Assembly: GCA_015680685.1 (NCBI GenBank) | Contig: MNCI01002989.1 | Coordinates: 393,484 to 457,483 of the forward strand | DNA: 64,000 nt | Direction of reading: 5' to 3' | Source: Gnetum montanum | Taxonomy: Eukaryota > Plantae > Gnetophyta | Shown here: positions 39,701-53,387 of the stretch, one piece after another | How the letters are laid out: each line of letters starts with the position of its first letter | Position numbering within the stretch: position 1 is the stretch's first letter | The notes under the pieces: model-generated | What the model saw: the letters and a program-made list of their open reading frames with translations, nothing else | The model's database searches: none | What the model was told of the DNA's origin: nothing | Made by a program: the position numbers and the translations under genes

Positions 39701-42700
39701 TACCATATCACAACCAAGCTACTATCATGGAAGGCTACTACAAGCAAGGCTAGCTTACCTTGGATATAGTTGGCTAATCATCGTTTACAATGATAGGGCA
39801 CCAATTATGGCCATTTAGCAACAAAAGACATCCTTGTAGGTATCATAGTTGTGGCCCTTTACATTAGCCAGTGTGACCTATGACCTTGAACTACCTTTCC
39901 ATTTCCACTACGTGATGTTTCACCCTTTTTCCATTGTGGGTCCTATCATTCCATGCAAATCTACCATTGTTTTTCTATTGTTGTCCTTGTGTAACTACCA
40001 TCTACTCCTTGATCTTCATTCCTTATCATCTTGCACTGTCATTACTAGGTGTTACACCCTACTACTATGATAATTTTATCTTCACCTACTTGCATGGCTT
40101 GCATTGCAGTTCCAACCTCCATGTTTTGCACCATTTTTTATACATTGCCATGCCCTTTATTTTTGACATCAATTGCACCTCAACTACTTCCACCATAAAA
40201 CAATGCTAGAAATTTTTACAATCCATGGTAACTACATCTACCATTGGCACAATAAAATCTACCTCTAATGGAGCTCTACGAATAATATTGACATTGTAAA
40301 ATCCTATCTTCCATTAAGCTCTATAGACACTGTTAGTGCCATAAAATCTTTCATAGGGGTCTACAAATACCATCGGTGTCATAAAATCTTGTCTTTGATG
40401 AGGAAAGCTAGTGTCACAAAATCCCAACTTCCACAAAGCTCTAATGGATACCACCAACCTCAATCCTCAATAGGTTCAACGTAGAAATTTCAAATACATC
40501 ACAAATAGGTAGTAAAATGTAAATTTTTAAACTCAAAGAAAATTTTCAAAAAGGAAATTTGAAGCATTGAGATAAAAATTTTGTAAGTAACCACACTCAT
40601 CCTAAAGTGGTACTAGGATGGCTAACCTCTCAAGAAGTCTCATTTTCACACCCAAAGTTTTGGAACTTGCAAGTCATAACCTTTGATTTTGGATGTCTTT
40701 TTCAGAAAATGAAGAGTCTTATTCTACATATTTCAAAATTTTGTAAAAATAAATTAATGTTAATAATTTGACATTGAGAATTGAACTAAAGGTCTCCTAC
40801 TTATTAACCTCAACATCTTATGCTTCCTATAGCTAACCACCAAATCCAAGGTTTTGTGTGTCAAAAAATTAATACATTTTAATTGTATTTAATTATTTTA
40901 ATTAATAAAAAAATAAATATATTTAAAGAAAAAAATTAAACTTTTAACTTTGATCCAAATGCTTCAGCTCATTACCAATCAACCTCTAGTAGTGCAAGCC
41001 TATGTCATTTTCGTATTGTCTACCACTACTTGCACATCTTCTGCCAAGCCTCAAGCTATCATACTGCTTCAGTCACCATTGTGCTATCTCTCTTCAACCA
41101 TGCTATCCATGCTACATGACATGATATTGCTACTATTGTGCCATTCCAAAGAATCCTTGTTTGTTGTCAATGTAGTTCTTTTCCTATCCTTGCTCCCTCA
41201 CCACCTTGACATCCCTATGTTCATATCACTACTAGAAGGGTTGGTCTATTTGTGACATGGATGTCATGCTACCATAAGGAATTGCTTGTAGGATTGTCTT
41301 CCCATGCCCATGTCTAGACTTATCAATGTCTATAGTGGAAGGCCACTGATTATGGCTAGCAACAACAAGAGAAATCCTTCGAGCCATTGTAGTTGTGGCC
41401 CTCTAGCACAGTTTCAATTCCCATGTAGCCACCATAGCCTACCATCTTCCACTACCTTCCCACTATCACTACATGATAGTTCACCATACCTTCACTATGT
41501 ATGCCATCATACTATGTAGTCCATGCCTTTGTTTCTCTATTTCTACCAATATATTACTATCCTCTATTCCTCACTCTCCATGTTCTATCATCGTGCACTG
41601 TCCTTGGAAGTGACCATGTCCTACATTTGCATTGATTTCATTAATACTTGCCTACATTCCCTAACTCTAGTACTATTCTTCATGTTTTATGTCATGTATT
41701 CCATTGCACACATGGCATTTTCATCATCTCCTTCACCTTCCATGTTGATAAAAATCCAGTTAAAAATTCTTGTGGTACACATTGACCAAGCACATCATTA
41801 GTAGCATAAAATTCTACCTTCCAAAGAGCTCTATGAATAATGATGATGGCATAATATATTACCTTTCATGGAGCTTCATGAACAACTCTAGCATCATAAA
41901 ATCCTACCTCCCATGGAGCTCCAATGGATACCATTGAACTATAAAATCATATCTTCCATAAAGCTTCAATAAACACTACTAATACCACTATCTTAACTTC
42001 TTAGTAGGTTTGATAATAATTTTTTTTTATTAATTTTCATCAATTTGAATAAATTTTTCAAACATGTCAAAAATAGGCACTACAATTTAAATTTAAAAAT
42101 AGAAAGAAAATTTTTAGAAAGAAAATTTACTGTAATGCAAGTAGCTTGGATTATAATTTCATAATTAAGTGCATTCACCCTAGAGTAATACAAGATGGAT
42201 CATCTCTCAATAAATCTTGTTTTCCATGACTAATGTTTTTGGCTTCGAAAGCCATACCTTTTGATTTTGGACACCTTTTTTGATAAACGAGAAGTCATTT
42301 GCTATAGATTTCAACCTCTGTTAAAATAAACTTAATGTTAAAAAGTTGGAGATAGAATCAAATACAAGACCTTCTAATTATTAACCATATACATAACCAC
42401 CAAATCCAAGATTTTTCTTGTTAAAAAATTAACATACTCTAATTATATTTAACTTTTTTCATTTATACAAAACATAATAATAACTATATTTAAGTAAAAG
42501 AATTAAATTTTTGACTTTGTCCCTAATCCTTAGTGTTAAGGCTAGAAAGCCATTATGGTTAGCTATGTGTCACTTGCTGTGCAGCCCTGTGCCATTTCTG
42601 TGTCATATGTTCCTGTGTATACTCATTTTTCCAAGCCCTAGTCCCACCATGATATTTTAGTTTCTACTATGCCACCTCTCTTCTACATTGTCATTCTTGC

Positions 42701-44127
42701 CACATTGCGTAACCTTGTAGCTGCCATCTAGTTACAAAAAATGCTTATTTATGGCTTTGATGGTCTTGCTCCCTTGTCATCCTCATGTTCCTCTATGCCT
42801 GCTATTGTTGCCAATGTCAGCTTGGCTGTAGCTTGTCTACCACACTACCAAAAGGAATCAAAGCAAGACACCTTTATCAAGGCTACCTTGCCATAGGCAT
42901 TTCTAGGGCACCGATTGCTACAAAGTGGCAATAAGAAAAATACTTATGGCCACCACAATCATGGCCCTCCATTGCAACCATGCTTCCTATGCAATTGATA
43001 ATAGTTATCACCTTGCACTACCTTCCCATTACTGCTACATGTTGTTTCATCCTTCCTGCAATGCATGTGATATCATCCCATGTAGCCCATGCCATTGTTC
43101 CTATACTCTACCACTATCCTCTATTCTATGCTCTAGATGTCCTATTGTCCTATACCATCCTTGCTAGGTGTCTCACCTTCTTGCTATGCTAATTTTGACT
43201 ATGCTTGCTTGTGTGCCCTACACTCAAGCTCCATCTTCTATGTTTTATGCTATTTTTTTTATAGTCATGCATGTCATTTTCATTGCCTACTACACCTCCA
43301 TCACTATCATCTTTACCTTCACCATCATCAATAATTACATCAAAAAATTTGGTAGTCCATGGTGAGCATGGATATCAATGGCATAATAAAATCTAGCCTT
43401 CTACTAAGCTCTATAAACATCACTAGTGTCATAAAATCTTTCCTCCCATAGAGTTTCATACATACAATTAATGCCATGAAATCTTCACTCCAATGAATTT
43501 CTACTAACATTGCCAATGTCATAAAATCCTACCTCCCATGAAGCACTTAAAAATCTCACCAACACCATAAAATCCTACATCCCATAAAGCTCCAACAAGT
43601 ACCATGAACACTGGCAACCTATCTTCTTGGCTGTTCAACAATGGTATAATTATCAATGAATTTATAGAATATTTGAAATATTTTTGTCAATTTGCAGAAA
43701 TTTCAAATACATTAAAAATACATGATAAAATTTAAATTTAAAAACATGAAGAAAATTTCCAAAAAGGAATTTTCTTCACATTTACATCAACTAGGATAAA
43801 AATTATGCATTTAAGCACACTCATCCTAAAGTAGTACTTAGATGGTTGACCTCTCGAGAAGTCTCATTTTCTATGTCCAAAGTTTTAGAGTTCAAAACCT
43901 ATAACTTTTGATTCCAAATGTCTTTTTTAGCAAATGAACATTCATTTTGTACATATTTAAACCTTTTATAAAAATAGCTTAATGTTACAAAATTGGGGCT
44001 AGGAATCAAACCCAAAACCTTCTAGTTATTAACCCAAACCTCTTATGCTTCATATAGCTAATCACCAAAGACAATCTTTTGCTTGTTAAGAAATTAATAT
44101 ACTTTATCATATTTAATTATTTTCATT

Positions 44128-44153
44128 AATAATAATAATAATAATAATAATAA
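44128..44153. repeat. (AAT)n microsatellite
   Basis: direct reading. Confidence 0.9.
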
Positions 44154-45836
44154 ACATATTTAGAAGAAAAACATAAAATTTGTTCTTTGGCACTAACCCT
44201 TATGGTTAGGGCAAGCTAGCAACTATGGTTGACTATGCACCACTCGTTATGCAACCCTATGCAATGGCCCATGCTACACTATGGTATTTTTGTGTTATTT
44301 TCTATTGCCTACATGGCTATTGCAAAACCTTTGCTCCATTGTGTCATTGCATTCACCATTACGTCATCTCTCTTCTATTGCATCATTCTTGTCACACTAC
44401 TTTATCTTGCTATTGTTATGCCATTGTAACAAATCCTTCTTTATGGCTCATGTGGTCCTCATCCCCTTGTCATTCTCATGTTCCTCTATGCTTGCCACTA
44501 AAAGTAGGGATGTCTACTACATTACCATATGACATCTTGGCAAGCTACCACAAACATGGCTACCATTCTATAAGCACAACCATCCTTGTTGTTCTTCATT
44601 GTCCTCTACTGTGGTAGGTCATTGATTTTGGTTAAGTTGTAATAAGAGTAACCCTTGCAGTCATTGTAGTCATTGCCCTTCACTACAACAACACTTCCTA
44701 CATAGTTGGCATGACTTGTCACATTATGCTACTTTCACATAGCCAATGCATGGTGTTTCATCCTACCTCCATCATGTATGTTGTTGTTTCATGCAATTCT
44801 TCATGTCTTGTCATTCTATGTCATCTTTGTCATGTGTCATTGATGAAACGCGATTCACATAGGCCGCGATATCGCGTCTTCCCTATGATATCGCGTACGT
44901 GATATCATAGTCCACTGCCATATCTATAAATAAGACGTGGCTTTCCTTTGTTTGGGAATCCCAGTTTTAGAGTAGCGAAGCTCTGGCAGTTTGATCCCTC
45001 TAGAGTTATATTTTTTCTCGTGTCTGCCCGCAGTGTGGTGAATGTAATTGTACGGTGTCTTTATTCAAGTGTGCCGTACTTGGACGTGCACATGATTGAC
45101 AATAAAGATTGAGATTACTTCATCATTGCAGCATTCACTTTGTTATTTACTTAATGTTATTTATTGTTTTCTCTCTCTCACCCTTAAACTCCTAGAACGC
45201 GAAACGAGTACGACTTGATTACGAGCATTTAAGTGTGACTGCTTGGTAGCCCAGTGGTGTAGCTAGGATCTACGCTTGGTAACCCAGTGGCGTATTTGGG
45301 ATCTGCGCTTGGTAATCTTAGTGGTGTACCTAGGATTTACGCTTGGTAGTCCTAGTGCTAGTTGTGCACGAAGTCCAAGATGTGTACGGTTGATCAAGGA
45401 ATCGGTTGCTCGTCACACTTAGGCTAGATTAAATTTTCTTATCCTTTTCCTCCTAGCTTAGATTAATTAATATTATTTTTCACTGTCTTCAGGAGTAGCA
45501 TAGATTAGGAACACATCATATACCTCATCTGGACTAAACCATACGTGAAAAATATACAATACTAGTCCAAGTGAGAAGACAGCAAACTACGACCTAAGGA
45601 TAACTATCTAGATGCCACAACTAGTCCATCTGCAAAGTTCAACCGGATTGCGCGTGCGACGCTTGTTTCATATGGTTGAGTGTAGGGGTACCTTGCCACT
45701 CATCATTGGCACCGTTGCCAGGGATGGTGCTAGTTATCTAGATTAGTTATATCATACAAGGTCGTTGTAAAGGACTTAACGATATATCTCTTAAAAATAA
45801 GTAATTATAAAAAGTCACATAAATTCACACACAACA

Positions 45837-47811
45837 ATGCCTCTCCTACAAGACGATAATAACGCCAAATTTAGTGAGGAAGTTCATTGGAGAACCAACG
45901 AACTATATGATGATGAAGATTGGAGTATACAACCTGAAGTGGAAGTTTCTTATAAGAATGAACAAAAACAACATCATCCCAACACACGAAAGCCTAACTT
46001 ACCCGATGACGATGAACCCCCACTGTCCACTACAAGCCTAATGCAAATACAAGAGCTTGTTTGAATCTCACGTAGGCATCGTAAAGAGAGCCGACTACCC
46101 AGGCTCTATTTAAACAACTTTCCTAAATTTTCAGGAGGCTACAACTTAGATCCGCATCAACATTTATTAGCCTTCTATGATGCCTGCACATGGAATAACA
46201 TTGATAATAGTTGGCAAAAACTTAAGCTCTTTCCTATGACACTCGTTGACCAAGCTAAAGTGTGGTATAGATTGTTAAAACCAAATTCAATATGATGCTG
46301 GTCATCAATGGTAGAAGTCTTTAATGAAAGATATCAAACCTACGCAAGGTTGTCAGCCTTGAGGAAACAAATTCAATGATGGAAACAAGCAAAACATGAA
46401 CCCTTGGACATGGCCTTAGAAGATATTATTCACTGTTAAACAACTATCTAGGCCATGGATTTTCCGATGAAAGGCTAATGTACCATATCATTGATGGGCT
46501 ATGTAATGAAACAAGAGAGACCTTAGGAACATATGCCCAAGGTCAACTATATGCCCTATAAACCCATCAAATCCAAGAGCTTATTAAGCGGGTAGCAAAA
46601 GAAGAAGGAGAAATAGCTACATGGGAGAGTCTTGAAAAACATCAATAGGACCAAAATATTAACTCAACAAAGGTCCATGATTATAACAAGGAGACATCAA
46701 CAAATCTCAAGGTGGAAACATCATCTTTGCCAATACAATAATCGTTATAAGAAGTTGAGGCAAAGATCAATAAGATGTTGGAATGGATGAATCAAAAGTG
46801 TGGAGAATATGTCAACATCATTGGAGATAGAGTTTTGACAACCCAAGAAGCAGGACAAAATAGTAGACATTCGGAGAAAAAGAATAAAGGGAATAAGTGC
46901 TCAACTGCTAATCATATGTATGAATGCAACATATGCCTGTACGATCACCCCAAAGGCCAATGCCCAATCTTGTTACATCTACATGAGCATTGGGGAAACA
47001 CGTTACATCCAGAGTTCATACAGAGATACTGTGTTCGATCACAGTGGCAACAATCCCAGTTGTAGGGGGATCCACCCTTAGACTGGAGGCACCCTTCATA
47101 TTCTCCGAATCCAAACGCTTATCACGTTCAACATCCTGTTTCTTCAACTGGGCCAACATACTCTATCTCACCACAATACCATTCTCTACAATACTGTCAG
47201 CCCATACCTCCAACACAAACACCACCTTGTGCACCTTATATTCCTCCTAACTTTCAACATTCTCATCCTTTCCCTCCTTCCACAATGCCACCAACTGTTT
47301 GTAAGGTGTTTATGCCATAGCAACAACCCACGAATAACACTTGTGCTACTAACAGTAGTGAAAAGCCTCCTCAACATCAAAGGTGTCCTTTCTTTAAACA
47401 CGGCCATAGGAAGGGACAACATAATTCTGAGGCCACTGCATCTTCCAACTCAGCACAAGTCCAACAATGTGGTGCACCCTTACCTTAGAACCCAACGCCT
47501 CATGTAACTTCATCAGGGCCACCAACTTACACTCCAACAACCATACGGCCCAATAAACACAACCATGGGAGGCATCAACCCAATCCTTGCATACCATCTA
47601 ACGATCACCAACATCATAGTGGGTCAACTCGTTATCTAGGAACTACATCGTATGAAGTGCCCCACTATGCTTATTATAAAGTGTGTGAAATCCAAGGTGA
47701 TAAGTATGAACCAGTTTCAATATTTCCAATATGCAAGGATCCTTATTTTTCATTTATTAATCCTTGCCATACTCAACCGTTTAGTTATGGGGGATACCCC
47801 CCATTTCAATA
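45837..47811 (+). pseudogene. gag of element B, disrupted
   Basis: RHRKESRLPRLYLNNFPKFSGGYNLDPHQHLLAFYDAC..WQKLKLFPMTL..AKVWY, homologous to element A gag; CNICLYDHPKGQCP knuckle; Pro-rich tail. Confidence 0.85.
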
Positions 47812-49191
47812 AAAAATAGGATTAATAAATATTTTTCATTCTCTTTGATTTTTTAACTTTTTTTTTCCAGTTTTTCATTTTTCAAATTTTTCTTTTTTCT
47901 TTTTGTGTGTTTGTATTTTCATGTTTTTGTGAGTAATCTCATCTACGAATAAAACACTCATGTGGATCATTGGTTGAGGTGTGTTCTATGTTATTAAGTC
48001 ATGAGTGGTCAATTATTTGGAACAGTGAGCCCATTACACCCACTCATCCACTCTACAAATAAGAGGTTATGTTCAAGGGTACAGTGATATTCTTGAAATT
48101 TCTAAAACTTAAAATTAATTTTGTTTTCATTGTACCTAGAATGAAGAAGGATGGACTAAGACGGAATGATTAGGGTGTGACATCAAGGGGACTTGCAAAT
48201 TCTCTTTGGTGAAAACTATGGGAGTTGTCATGCAACATGGTCGTACTAAGATCCTTGTAGATCTAATGAAAAATGGGAGTAAGAGTAATCAAAAGGGCAC
48301 TCAAAAATCAAACGCTGTTCTAGGGGGCCCACTGGAAAGACATGCAACCATGCTTGAAGGTTGGCGGCTTCTCTGGATTCAGTAAAGTGAAAAAAATGAT
48401 GAAAAGAAAAAAAGAAGTGCCGTAAAACAACAATCACTCCTCCCTTGTACTAAACGCCAAGTGATCATACACCTTGTTGTTATGATACTCTCATAGTTGT
48501 TCATCATGGGATGACACAATGCGATGTCATTGATTAGAAGGATGGACTTGGTCCTGATCTTGGAATGATGGGTTAATGACACCTTAATCATGCTTTTAAT
48601 GCAGGATTCTTATGCCCTAGGTCATATACCTCATGTCCCAATCTCTACGATCCCTTTCTATACTTCGCCTCATCTCACTATTTGTGTAATTGTAGCTCGT
48701 GTTCTGTGTAGCATAGAATTTTCATCTCATTCTGGTGATAATTACATGTGTGTGTGTTTTGTGGAGTTAGTGCAGATTACATTTAACCCTTCTAGTGCCC
48801 ACGGACACTTTAAGTGTGATTACACAAGGGCATAATAGGTTGAAACCTGCTTTGGGGAGGACCCACTTGTCTAATTTTTTTCTAATCTTCATTAATTCTC
48901 TAGCTAGAACACACAACTCCTTATCCTCAACTTAATTTTCATAATTTTCTTTCCCTATTATTATCCCTCCAAATTTTAACGTTCCAATGTACCATTATAT
49001 TCCCTTTTCTTCATAACCGCCAAATTTTTAATTGTTAAATTCACATCATTATCATTAAGCATGCCTTTCGAATTAATGAAATTTCCCTTGAATATATTAA
49101 TACTTGCCCATGTCCTCATCTTGCACCATTAATTTCAAGAAAATCATTAAAAATTCGGTATTTTCCATGTGTCCCACATCATTGGGGATGA

Positions 49192-49280
49192 GATATCGCG
49201 TACGCGATATCGTGTCCCACGTGATATCGCATACGCGATGTATCGTACGTGATATTGCATCTTATTTACCTATAAATAGG
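49192..49280 (+). promoter_or_regulatory. Putative internal promoter of ORF2 (GATATCGCG palindromes plus TATAAATA at 49271)
   Basis: Same motif cluster and TATA arrangement as at the LTR 5' ends. Confidence 0.55.
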
Positions 49281-49735
49281 AACCCCCGCCGCAACACTTA
49301 GCATCATTTTGTCATTTACACAGGGGGAATTTTTCTCTACTACTTGCAATTGCGTGACCCTTGCTTTTTCACTCATATCTTGCGTGTTGGTGCTCCGATT
49401 TTAATTCTGTTTGAACCTGCTTGAACCCGAAGTGTTCAGTTTAGTCGTAGGGGAGGGACACCTATCGAAAAGTGCCTAAATTTTTTGAAATTTTTCATCA
49501 CCCAAAGGACATCAATTAGGGTAATTAATACTAACACTTAGCAAAATTGTGCCAAAAATCATGACCTTAGATACACCGGGAGATTAAAATGAAATCCACC
49601 TAAGTCATAGGACACATTATTATAATTTTTGGGCACAATCACATGATAACATAAGATCTTTAATTAAAGGCATGTAGTAAGGTATAACTTGATTTTGAAA
49701 ATAGCCTTACTAACATTTGGCCTGTGTAATTGCAG

Positions 49736-52523
49736 ATGGCCTTGAAACGTGCTCAGCGAGAGGGTTCTGTTCAAGGTGGAGCAAAACAACCTCGGAGAGG
49801 TGGAAGACGAGTCCTTGCTGGACAACATGCAGAACAGGAGGTGCAATCATTTAGCATCCATCAAGAAGAACCTCCTACAAGACGATCTGGGCAGGCAAAA
49901 AGAGGAGCTACTGTTGCGCCTGAACTAGGACAACAACTCACGTTGCCCCTGGAATGTGTTTAGGCTATCCATACGAAGTCCACAATTGCTGCGGTGATCG
50001 TGGAGCTTAACTTCGAACCTTTTGTAGAGTTTGCTCCTGAGGCTGTTAGGGATCACCTTAAAGTATCTCCCTTATGGCCTGTCTTCTCTGAGTGTGGTGC
50101 TTGATACTTAGGTGAAACATACCTATTCTGGCACAATAAGGAGCAAGGCACTACGGTTAACATTTGTGGTGTGACAGTAGACTTTTCTGCACATGCGATT
50201 TTGGAAGTGTTAAACCTTTTAAATTCAGGCCCCCATGTTGCTCAATTATCTACCCGATCAGACCGTGATGTGCGAAAGGATTGGTTAGAGAAGGCTTATG
50301 ATAGAGATAAAGCTTTTGGTGAGCTGACGACGAAAGAGTGGGTTTATTTCAAAATTGGAACCCATCACCTCTTTCCCACAAAAGGTTTGAAAAGAATATC
50401 AACGTATGTGGCGAGAGGATGTGTAGTGTTGATGGGAAAGGTTAACACTAATCTTCCCCATCTAGATTTGACGGAGATCCTAAGGTGATTTGAAGAACGG
50501 AAGTCAGGGAAGATGGCACTGCCTTTTCCCTGTCTTATCAGAAAACTGTGCCAACGGGCTGGTATTCGGGGATACATAAATGACGTCCTACGAAAGGTCC
50601 AAAATGCTTCTTGTGCTGAGTTATTAAAGGCACTAGCTCCAAGAAAGAGCACTGGCGAAGAGCTGGGACCAGATGAAGAGGAAGAACAGATGAATGGATC
50701 ACCTGCAACTCAACTTGCGGGACCCAGTCAACCTCCAGCCACAGGTCCCAGCCAACAACAAGAAGTAGAACCCAGCATAGGCTAGAATCAACCACCGCTG
50801 CTGCAAGACTATAGACCATCGATGAGACATCTTAGGGCCATCGCCGAGATGGTTAGTTGGGGAAGTCGTGATGATGCAAATCTCTTCCACGTCATCGATG
50901 ATGCCAACCAACCTACTATTTCGTTAGATCGCACAAGGGGTGAATTATCCATTCAAATAGGAAGAGGGGAAAGCATATGGTCACAACAGATCTCTAAAAA
51001 TGCGGCATCTTTTCAAGTGTAGTTAGAGACTAGTGAAGGGGCCACTGTGGTGGCCATGCAACACCAGGATGCTACAGAAGCTGCTGAAGTGGTCGCTAAC
51101 CACATCAAAGAATCTTTCAATGTACCTATTGTGCCACTGGTAGATTTTTTAGGAGCACGGGATGCTCAAACTCTTGCCGAAACCTCAATGACTCCTACGG
51201 AACATGAGGATGCACTAGACAGATTGCTTCAAACAGGACAAGTTTTGACATCCTTGTTTGACATCCCCTAGGATGTAACGACAATTCAATCAGACCTCAT
51301 TTCCACAAAGGGGAAGCTGGTCATATCTGAAGTAAGGGCAGAGCATACTGAAGCTGAAGTGTAGAAACTACAAGAGCAGCTCGTAGCCTTACAAGAAGTA
51401 CAGTGGGATCCTTTGCAATTTGTTCCCGCAGACCAACTAGAAAACTTTAGAACCGAGCAATTAACAAAACTAATTCCAGAAAATAAGAAGATGGAAAAAA
51501 AAAGGAGACAGCCACTTGGGATGCCTCCGCAGCTCAAGCGCAAACTCATGCGCATCTTAAGGCACTTAGGGCCTTAGAAGAAGAGAACAAGCAGTTGGTT
51601 GTAGATAACCTTCTGTTGACTTCTGTAGAGAAACAAAAGAATGTTCTTGATGAACATTTTCATCAGTTACGAGAACAGTTCATTCAGGTCAACCAAGATG
51701 TAAGCCGTTTAGCTAGAGAAAATCGAACCCTCTCAATGGAGGAGGTACGCGCTGTTGCCAAAAATCAGCCATTGAGATTAGCGCGTGGCAGAATGAGGTT
51801 AAACGACATGAGAAGCTGAAGGAGCATTTTTGTAATTAGGTGGGGATGTACAAACAAATCTTGGAGAAGGAGATCCATATGGCCAAGGCTCAAATCAACA
51901 ACATCAGTGCTCAACACACTGATTGGAGGGCCATATTGGACACTTACGCCTTCGCCCACTAAGTGGAAATTAAGAACCGGGACCTACAAATCCAAGACTT
52001 GATAGAGTACATGGAGTTGGCAAATCTTAGATATGCCAACCTGGCCATGTTAATAGCAGGATGCCTGAGGTCAGAGCTCGAGTAACAGGTAGCTTCCACC
52101 CATATCAAATATGAAGCAGAATTTGTAGAGCGAAAGAAGCTGGCTAAGAAACTAGATGTCGTAAATTCTGAACTTACGGTGGTAAAAGAAAGCTACCAGA
52201 GACAAAAAGATGTTGCAACTGACTTGGCTCGATGGCTAACAGAGCTTCATGAATTTAAAGAAAAGTCCATAGCCTATGAAGAGGAACGACGGGTATTCGC
52301 AGCGTGGTACGTCAAAGCTAATCAGATGTTCCTACAACTACCCTATCCGTGGGAGGTGCCGACTCTGTCAAACATTGGAACATTAGCATGGACGGCACAA
52401 GATCCTTGAACCGAAGAGGAGAAGCTCCAAGCCATTCTTCAGCATCATCCACCTTCCAAGCTTGGAGCAAGTGATAAGGGGAAAGCACCCATGGAGGAGC
52501 CACTGCCACCAAGAACTACATGA
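49736..52523 (+). pseudogene. Athila ORF2/env-like protein (plant-transposon-protein-like domain plus coiled coil), disrupted
   Basis: ATG directly after tgtaattgcag; TVNICGVTVDFSAHAILEVLNL and ALPFPCLIRKLCQRAGI are typical of Athila ORF2-type proteins; long E/Q/K/L-rich C-terminal half. Confidence 0.75.
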
Positions 52524-53147
52524 GTTCCACATTTTTGTAGTTGTAGTATTTTTTCTCTATGTTGTGTCTTCCCACACTGCAGCATTAATCCATTTCTTTT
52601 TCCAGTTAATAATCCCATACCTATCCACTGTGTAATTAATGAAGCTTTTTCTCCTTGTAACTCAAGGACGAGTTTTTATTCAGTCGTGGGGGTATGATGA
52701 GACGTGATTCACATAGGCCGCGATATCGTGTCCGTAGTGATATTGCATCCCCCGCGATATTGCGTATGCGATATCGTAGTCCACCGCCATATCTATAAAT
52801 AAGATGCGGCTCTCCCTTGTTTGGGAATCCCAGTTTTAGAGTATCAAAGCTCTGGTAGTTTGATCCCTCCAGAGTTAGATTTTTTCCCGTGTCTACCCGC
52901 AGTGTGGTGAATGTAATTGTACGATATCTTTATTCGAGTGTGCCGTACTTGGACATGCACACGACCGGAAATAAAGATCGAGATTACTTCATCATTGCAG
53001 CATTCACTTTGTTATTTATTTATTTGTTATTTATTTAATGTTATTTACTATTTTCTCTCTCTCACCCTTAAACTCCTAGAACACGGAACGAGTATGACTT
53101 GATTACGAGCATTTAAGTGTAGATCTATGCTTGGTAATCCCAATGGC

Positions 53148-53387
53148 GTACCTAGGATTTACACTTGGTAGTCCCAGTGGTAGTCGTGCACGAAATCCAA
53201 GATGTGTACGGTTGATCAAGGAATCGGTTGCTCGTCACACTTAGGCTAGATTAAATTTTCTTACCCNTGTACCTAGGATTTACACTTGGTAGTCCCAGTG
53301 GTAGTCGTGCACGAAGTCCAAGATGTGTACGGTTGATCAAGGAATCGGTTGCTCGTCGCACTTAGGCTAGATTAAATTTTCTTACCC
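53148..53387. other. ~120-bp duplication around an N in the 3' LTR; likely assembly artefact
   Basis: Near-identical sequence either side of the n at ~53267; single copy in the 5' LTR. Confidence 0.8.

Noticed and set aside
53148-53387. Tandem duplication in the 3' LTR of element B
   Set aside because: Centred on an N and absent from the 5' LTR; typical unmerged contig overlap.
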